From Eledone cirrhosa (taxonomy: Eukaryota), in assembly GCA_964016885.1 (NCBI GenBank), contig OZ024766.1, forward strand, positions 7,316,001 to 7,380,000: DNA of 64,000 nt, given 5' to 3'. The notes below the pieces were generated by a model. That model saw only the letters and a program-made list of their open reading frames with translations. It was not told where the DNA came from and made no database searches. A program made the translations under genes and the position numbers. Shown in pieces: positions 56,053-64,000 of this stretch. The number at the start of each line of letters is the position of its first letter. Position 1 is the first letter of the stretch.

Positions 56053-56728
56053 TCATCATCATCACAGTTTTACGTCCGTTCTTCCACGCTAGCATGGGTT
56101 AGACGGGTTGTCCTGTTGTGGGCAGTGTCCGGTCTGCTGACCTTGTCTTGCTCATACGGGAACTGATTCTGGTTTGATTTCTACAGATGGATGCCCTTCC
56201 TAACACCAACCTCATTTACAGTGTGTGCTGGGTGCTTTTTTTGCCATGGCACCTCCACGACCACTTTGTAGTGGAATGATAGGGACCCCAGTCCCTATCA
56301 TCTCATTTCTACAGCTGAGTAAACTGGAGCAATGTGAAATAAAGTGTCTCGCTCAAGGAACCAACACATCACCCGCTCTGAGAATTGAACTCACAACCTT
56401 TCGATTGCAAGGCCAATGCTCTAACCACAGGCATATTGTCTATATGCTTCGGCTTGTACCCGTGGGGGGGTCGGGTCTTCTGTATTACTGCTTGACGCCA
56501 GAGGTCACGGTCGTGTGTCATCGCCTTTGAGAGGTGTAATTGGGTAAGGTCGGCTTTTATCACCTCATCCCAGGTCTTCTTGGGTCTCCCCACTCCGCGG
56601 CTTCCATCAACTTCTAGTGCTCTGCACCTTTTTATGCAGCTGTCATCCTCCATACGCATCACATGTCCATACCAACGCAACCGCCTCTCCTGCACACAGC
56701 ATTTGATTCCTCTTATGCTCAGTCTCTC
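56053..56728 (-). mobile_element. Chimeric RTE LINE / tRNA-SINE / RTE tail element
   Basis: 56430-56728 is RTE ORF end; 56270-56429 is SINE head and core; 56053-56270 is LINE-type tail. Confidence 0.8.
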
Positions 56729-56744
56729 AGGGGTAACAAGTTAT

Positions 56745-57810
56745 CATTGGCAGTAACGGTAGAGGGTCGGACGCCATGCTTTCCAGCATAGAGTTACGTC
56801 CCTTTACGATCTGAGTTCAAATCCCGCCGAGGTTGACTTTGCCTTTCATCCTTACGGGGTCGATAAAATAAAGTACCAGTAATGCACTGGGGTAATTGCT
56901 GGCCTTGTGCCTAAAGTAGAAACAATTATTACAGGGTTGATAAAATAAAGTACCAGTAATGCACTGGGGTAATTGCTGGCCTTGTGCCTAAAGTAGAAAC
57001 AATTATTACAGGGTTGATAAAATAAAGTACCAGTAATACACTGGGGTAATTGCTGGCCTTGTGCCTAAAGTAGAAACAATTATTACAGGGTTGATAACAT
57101 AAAGTACCAGTAATGCACTGGGTAATTGCTGGCCTTGTGCCTAAAGTAGAAACAATTATATCTCCTCCAGTGAGAGGTTGTGAGTACTCAGTGTCGTGGA
57201 TAGTTTTAACGTACGGCTTTGGTTGACTCAACAAGATGCTTCCATAGTTATGCAGCGAGTTGGCGGTAATTCCTATGTAGGTTATACTTGGAGTAATAAT
57301 AGTGAAAGACTGAAGAGTAACATGGTTTGCTGTACAACAAGGGGCTTTATTTCAGGTACGGACAATTGTTTCATTGATCAGGTGAGTCTAGAGGCCGCTA
57401 ATCGCTTGAGGTTGCGTCACTCGATCTCCATTACATTATTTACCTATTGGTTGACTTTGCCTTTCATCCTTACGATAAAATAAAAAGTACCAGTAATGAA
57501 CTGGGGTAATTGCTGGCCTTGTGCCTAAAGTAGAAACAATTATTTACCTATTGGCAGTATCGGTAGAGGGTCGGACGCCATGCTTTGACGCATAGAGTTA
57601 CGGCCCTTGCCATTCTGAGTTCAAATCCCGCCGAGGTTAACTTTGCCTTTCATCCTTACAGGGTCGATAAAATAAAGTACCAGTAATACACTGGGTATTT
57701 GCTGGCCTTGTGCCAAAAGTAGAAACAATTATTACAGGGTTGATAAAATAAAGTACCAGTAATGCACTGGGGTAATTGCTGGCCTTGTGCCTAAAGTAGA
57801 AACAATTATT
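56745..57810 (+). mobile_element. Cluster of SINE family B copies; 3' ~64-bp unit amplified about 5 times in the first
   Basis: Repeated acagggttgataaaataaagtaccagtaatgcactggggtaattgctggccttgtgcctaaagtagaaacaattatt. Confidence 0.8.
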
Positions 57811-58019
57811 TACCTCTGACCAACTCATCAGAATACAAAAATCATTCTTTCAATATATATATATATATATTTTTTTTTAAGAGTTAAACAAGGTTCAATA
57901 AATACATCAAAGAATGAATTTTACAATAGATTGGAAGCACTCAACAGTAACAAATGTTTTCCAGAGTTATTAATATTAATTCAAAATATTAACAAAGTAG
58001 ATATTCTTGTGATCAATTG

Positions 58020-58086
58020 TATTTTATTATACATATTTCAGAGGTACTGATTTAAGTTCAACAGTACGTCCTCATCAGATAAAATA
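58020..58086 (-). ncRNA. Type I hammerhead ribozyme fold (left arm of palindrome)
   Basis: Reverse-complement copy of 58193-58259. Confidence 0.72.
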
Positions 58087-58192
58087 AGATGATACATGAC
58101 ATACCCTGACATAGTAGATGGTTAAGATTCAATCAAGGTAGTTAAGAAGACCTTGATTGAATCTTAACCATCTTCCATGTCATGTATCATCT

Positions 58193-58259
58193 TATTTTAT
58201 CTGATGAGGACGTACTGTTGAACTTAACTCAGTACCTCTGAAATATGTATAATAAAATA
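58193..58259 (+). ncRNA. Type I hammerhead ribozyme fold (right arm of palindrome)
   Basis: UAUUUUAU CUGAUGA GGACGUACUG..CAGUACCUCU GAAA UAUGUA UA^ AUAAAAUA. Confidence 0.72.
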
Positions 58260-58314
58260 TAATTGATCACAAGAATATCTATTTTGTTAATATTATATAT
58301 ATATATATATTTTA

Positions 58315-58698
58315 GTACAAAGCGAAACCTACTACAGTCAGTAGGCACCTCTAACAAAATACACCCCCGTCCCACCACCCCCACTCTATCCACACCACCC
58401 CTTTCAATGTAAAGTTATGTTGGTACCACAACATCCAGTCCTAAATAAATGAGGTCGTGTAGGTGTCACGACAATAAAACACACAGTCCATGCTGTAATG
58501 TGGCCGTGTAGGTAACACGGTAAAAACCTCCCAGACCCACACTGTAAACGTGGTTGATGTTAGGAAGGGCATCCAGCTGTAGAAATCAAGCCAGACAGTC
58601 CTATGCGAGCAGGACAACCAAGCTTGCCTCAAGTGGGAAAACTCCCGTCCAAACCCATGCTAGCGTGGAAGATGGACGTTAAACGATGATGATGATGA
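58315..58698 (+). mobile_element. RTE 3' UTR fragment
   Basis: Same UTR as 41760-42161 with (GAT)n tail. Confidence 0.85.
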
Positions 58699-58979
58699 TA
58701 TATCTATGTATGGTCCTGTAACTCCTGACAGTCTAAGTGGTGCTGTTTTGACATACAGTGCTTCTTGAGTATTTTAAGCCTGGTGGAGCCCAGGTTTGAG
58801 TACAGCAGATTTCTTCTAGAGAAAGATAGAAAGAGTGAGAGGAAGAATGTACCCCAGTACTTGACTGGTACTGAAAGACAAAGTTGACCTCGGTGGGATT
58901 TGAACTCAGAGAGCTGGAATGGATACCGTAAACCATTCTATCTGACTTTCTAACAACTCTGCTAATTCGCCACCACCAA

Positions 58980-59685
58980 TACTATTGTATTTTGTATTTT
59001 CACAGTAAAGGCTTTACCTCACATAACATTTACATTACTCTATATATACTATTGTATTTTCACAGTAAAGGCTTTACCTCACATAACATTTACATTACTC
59101 TATATATACTATTGTATTTTCACAGTAAAGGCTTTACCTCACATAATATCTCACATAACATTTACATTACTCTATATATACTATTGTATTTTCACAGTAA
59201 AGGCTTTACCTCACATAATATCTCACATAACATTTACATTACTCTATATATACTATTGTATTGTCACAGTAAAGGCTTTACCTCACATAATATCTCACAT
59301 AACATTTACATTACTCTATATATACTATTGTATTGTCACAGTAAAGGCTTTACCTCACATAATATCTCACATAACATTTACATTACTCTATATATACTAT
59401 TGTATTTTCACAGTAAAGGCTTTACCTCACATAATACCTCACATAACATTTACATTACTCTATATATACTATTGTATTTTCATAGTAAAGGCTTTACCTC
59501 ACATAATATCTCACATAACATTTACATTACTCTATATATACTATTGTATTTTCACAGTAAAGGCTTTACCTTACATAATACCTCACATAACATTTACATT
59601 ACTCTATATATACTATTGTATTTTCACAGTAAAGGCTTTACCTCACACAATATCTCGCATAACATTTACATTACTCTATATATAC
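58980..59685. repeat. Second array of the same 72-bp minisatellite, about 10 copies
   Basis: Same unit and orientation as 42551-45850. Confidence 0.93.
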
Positions 59686-61704
59686 TTGGAGAAAGCATTT
59701 GACAGAGACCCCCCACACCATTATCTGGTGGGCCCTTAGAAAACTAGGTGTTGATGAATGGCTTGTGAGAACTATACAAGCCATGTATAAAGAAACGGTC
59801 AGCAAAGTTAGAATTAACAACGAATATAGTGAAGAATTTAGCATAAAAGTTGGTGTTCATCGGGGCTCTGTCCTTAGCCCCCTCCTATTTATTATTGCCC
59901 TTCAGGCTATAACAAGACCGGCTGCCCATGAGAACTTCAATATGCAGATAATCTATCGCCCATGGCTGAACTAGAGAAGAAATTCCAAACATGGAAGCAT
60001 GGCCTAGAATCATAAGGCCTTAAAGTTAACTTGTCTAAGACTAAAGTTTTAGTATGTAGGAAGGAAAATAGAACACAGGTCCCCTCTGGGAAATAGCCAT
60101 GCTCAGTGTGTAGGCAGAAATTCTATTTTATGTCCCAAATGCAAAGTATGGGTGCATAAAAGATGTAGTGAGATCACAGGTAAGCTATCTAAGAATATAG
60201 ATTTTATATGTGGGCAGTGCAATAAGTAGCAAGTGCCCACAGGATACTAGCTCCTTCCATTGCCCAGATGGTTCTATAGAAATAGTGGACACCTTCCGTT
60301 ACCTGGGTGACAAAATCAGCAGTGGTGGAGGGTGCTCAGAAAGGGATGTAAAAAGTTCAGAGAGCTTATACCACAATTAGCCACTCAGGGTTTCTCTCTA
60401 AAAATGAAAGGCAGATTGTAAGATGCCTGCATACGAACAGCAATGTTGCATGGCAGTGAGACCTGGGCATTGTGTGCAGAGGATATACGCAGACTGGAGA
60501 GGAACGAAGCTTGCATGCTCCGCTGGATGTGTAATAGTAATATACGTGAACAGCAAAGCATAAATGAACTAAGTGAGAAATTAGGTATAAGAGGGATCAG
60601 ATGCTGTTTACTCGAGAGAAGACTACGTTGGTATGGTCACGTGATGCGCATGAAAGACGACAGCTGTATAAAAAAGTGCAGGGCGATCAAAGTTGACGGA
60701 AGTTACGGAGTAGGCAGACCCAGAAAAACCTGGGACGACTTGATAAACTCCGACCTCACACACTTACACCTCTCCAAGACAATGTCACTGGACCGAGACC
60801 TTTGGCGGTACTCAGTAATACAGAAAACCCATTTTGCCTAAGTAGATAGCGAAACCTACAGTCAGTAGGCACCTCTTAATCAAATATACACCCCCATCCC
60901 ACCACCCCCACCCCATCCACACCACCCCCTTTCGATGTAAAGTTATGTTGGTACCACAACATCCAGTCCTAAATAAATGAGGTCGTGTAGGTGTCACGAC
61001 AAAATAACACACAGTCCACGCTGTCATGTGGCCGTGTAGGTAACACGGTAAAAACCTCCCAGTCCCCACTGTAATGTGGCCGTGTAGGTAACACGGTAAA
61101 AACCTCCCAGTCCCCACTGTAATGTGGCCGTGTAGGTAACACGGTAAAAACCTCCCAGTCCACGCTGTAATGTGGCCGTGTAGGTAACACGGTAAAAACC
61201 TCCCAGTCCACGCTGTAATGTGGCCGTGTAGGTAACACGGTAAAAACCTCCCAGTCCCCACTGTAATGTGGCCGTGTAGGTAACACGGTAAAAACCTCCC
61301 AGTCCACGCTGTAATGTGGCCGTGTAGGTAACACGGTAAAAACCTCCCAGTCCACGCTGTCATGTGGCCGTGTAGGTAACACGGTAAAAACCTCCCAGTC
61401 CACACTGTAATGTGGCCGTGTAGGTAACACGGTAAAAACCTCCCAGTCCACACTGTAATGTGGCCGTGTAGGTAACACGGTAAAAACCTCCCAGTCCACA
61501 CTGTAATGTGGCCGTGTAGGTAACACGGTAAAAACCTCCCAGTCCCACACTGTAAACGTGGTTGGTGTTAGGAAGGGCATCCAGCCGTAGAAAACCTGCC
61601 AGACAGTCCTATACGAGCAAGACGACCAATCTTGCCTCAAATGGGAAAACTCTCATCCAAACCCATGCTAGCGTGGAAGATGGACGTTAAACGATGATGA
61701 TGAT
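59686..61704 (+). mobile_element. Decayed RTE LINE (stops, frameshifts) with a 48-bp UTR array at ~61015-61555 (about 11 copies)
   Basis: [30 protein letters not shown] remnants; (GAT)n tail. Confidence 0.9.
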
Positions 61705-61964
61705 ACTATTTTATTTTCATGGTAAAGCCTTTACCTCACATAATATCGAATCTCTGAGATTTTGATATTATTTACTTTGAGATCAATACCTTCACATCAG
61801 TATGATTTGCCAGTTACAGCCGGTGAAGGAATTCTGGCTGGTTTAACCCTTTCGCATTTACATTATATATACTAATATATTGTTGTGGTAAAGGCCTCAC
61901 ATAATATCAGATCTACCTCAACGTCAGTATGAGTAACCAGTTACAGCCAGATTAAACAGGGGCA

Positions 61965-62935
61965 GAGGTGGTGAGAGGTGACCTCAGTAGAGGTAGACCT
62001 GGGCAGAGGTGGTGAGAGCTGACCTCAGAAAGGGTAGACCTGGGCAGAGGTGACCTCAGTAGACCTGGGAAGAGGTGGTGAGAGGTGACCTCAGTAGGGG
62101 TAGACCTGGGCAGGGGTGGTGAGAGCTGACCTCAGTAGGGGTAGACCTGGGCAGGGGTGGTGAGAGCTGACCTCAGTAGGGGTAGATCTGGGCAGGGGTG
62201 GTGAGAGCTGACCTCAGAAAGGGTAGACCTGGGCAGAGGTGACCTCAGTAGACCTGGGAAGAGGTGGTGAGAGGTGACCTCAGTAGGGGTAGACCTGGGC
62301 AGGGGTGGTGAGAGCTGACCTCAGTAGGGGTAGACCTGGGCAGGGGTGGTGAGAGCTGACCTCAGTAGGGGTAGACCTGGGCAGGGGTGGTGAGAGCTGA
62401 CCTCAGTAGAGGTAGACCTGGGCAGGGGTGGTGAGAGCTGACCTCAGTAGCGGTAGACCTGGGCAGGGGTGGTGAGAGCTGACCTCAGTAGAGGTAGACC
62501 TGGGCAGAGGTGACCTCAGTAGGGGTAGATCTGGGCAGGGGTGGTGAGAGCTGACCTCAGTAGAGGTAGACCTGGGCAGAGGTGACCTCAGTAGGGGTAC
62601 ACCTGGGCAGAGGTGGTGAGAGGTGACCTCAGTAGGGGTAGACCTGGGAACGGGTGGTAAGAGCTGACCTCAGTAGGGGTAGACCTGGGCAGAGGTGGTG
62701 AGAGGTGACCTCAGTAGACCTGGGCAGGGGTGGTGCGAGGTGACCTCAGTAGGGGTAGACTTGGGCAGGGGTTGTGAGAGGTGACCTCAGTAGGGGTAAA
62801 CCTGGGCAGAGGTGGTGAGAGCTGAGACTCACTCACAGAGGAGATGACAAAGTATGACGATGAGTGAAGAGATGCTGTGCTGAGAAGGACCTGTTCAACC
62901 CCTGCAAGTGTGGAAAAGCAGACTTATAAACGTTG
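61965..62935 (+). repeat. About 41-bp G-rich minisatellite derived from the RTE C-terminus, followed by the RTE 3' end
   Basis: Unit gggcaggggtggtgagagctgacctcagtaggggtagacct shares ggtgagagctgacctcag with the reverse complement of 15685-15702. Confidence 0.8.
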
Positions 62936-63394
62936 ATGGAAATCTTTGTCAAACCATATTTCTATCTTGTGTTAGAAACACAAAATGTGATAAACCTACA
63001 TTTAGAAAGTGCATCTACATATATATATATATATATGTGTGTGTGAGTCCCAGGTTCAATCAGGGGTAACCACAGTAAGTAAGGTACTCAATACATTAGT
63101 AAAGTATACATTTTTAACATAGAAATGGCTTCTACAGGACGAGAACTGTTTCATTCAAAGCTTTCCGGATGATCTTCAAATGAAACAGCTCTGTAGTCAT
63201 TTATATATATATGAGTGTGTGTTTATATATATCATATATATATATATATAAACAAGAGGTGTAAGACAACAGGTTAAAATTAACTTTGTTTATTCATATT
63301 CACTGTTATATATATTTCAGTGGTAACTGTTAATCAACAGCTGCACACTTCGTTGAGTGCTTTACAATGTATACTGAAGTGTTGGCAAATTTAT

Positions 63395-64000
63395 ATGGTA
63401 GTGAGACATGCGACGGCTGGAGAGAAATGAGGCAAGCATGCTCGGTTGGATGTGCAATGTCAATGTGTGTGAACGACCAAGCATAGATGAGTTGAGAGAG
63501 AAACTGTGTAGAAGAGGGATAAGTTGTGGTGTGCAGGAAAGAAGACTGAGATGGTATGGACATGTGATGTGTTGAGAGAGAAACTGTGTATAAGAGGGAT
63601 AAGTTGTGGTGTGCAGGAGAGGAGAGGAGACTGAGATGGTATGGACATGTGATGAGTTGAGAGAGAAACTGTGTATAAGAGGGATAAGTTGTGGTGTGCA
63701 GGAGAGGAGAGAAGACTGAGATGGTATGGACATGTGATGAGTTGAGAGAGAAACTGTGTATAAGAGGGATAAGTTGTGGTGTGCAGGAGAGAAGACTGAG
63801 ATGGTATGGACATGTGATGAGTTGAGAGAGAAACTGTGTATAAGAGGGATAAGTTGTGGTGTGCAGGAGAGGAGACTGAGATGGTATGGACATGTGATGA
63901 GTTGAGAGAGAAACTGTGTATAAGAGGGATAAGTTGTGGTGTGCAGGAGAGAAGACTGAGATGGTATGGACATGTGAGGAGCATGGAGGATGACTGCTGG
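63395..64000 (+). repeat. RTE ORF fragment with 6 tandem 80-85 bp units ([27 protein letters not shown])
   Basis: Units start near 63489, 63570, 63654, 63739, 63819 and 63899. Confidence 0.9.

Larger units (their letters stand above)
57985..58294. repeat. About 310-bp near-perfect palindrome (Penelope-like inverted pseudo-LTR)
   Basis: Arms of ~150 bp pair around a 10-nt loop near 58140-58149. Confidence 0.85.

Overview
Eukaryotic, microsatellite-saturated genomic DNA. It is most likely from a coleoid cephalopod (octopod), inferred from the repeat landscape only. The one host gene is a + strand orthologue of MCC (mutated in colorectal cancer). I trace 14 GT-AG exons from 17484 to a stop at 53985, giving about 957 aa that lack the N-terminus and end in the PDZ-binding motif NETSL*. 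All intron phases are compatible, apart from one 2-nt frameshift in the first visible exon. Introns and flanks hold RTE-clade LINEs (one with an unbroken RT ORF), two tRNA-derived SINE families, a bipartite non-autonomous RTE derivative, CR1 and mariner remnants, Penelope-like palindromes and over 15 minisatellites. Most interesting: (i) four type I hammerhead ribozyme folds, two of them back-to-back in a 310-bp palindrome; (ii) a 60-bp satellite that amplifies the exon donor so each unit reads GT...CTAAC...AATAAA..CAG; (iii) repeated independent birth of satellites from LINE/SINE 3' ends; (iv) a LINE-SINE-LINE chimera. Most ORFs in the supplied track are simple-repeat artefacts. Family assignments come from recalled motifs, not database searches.
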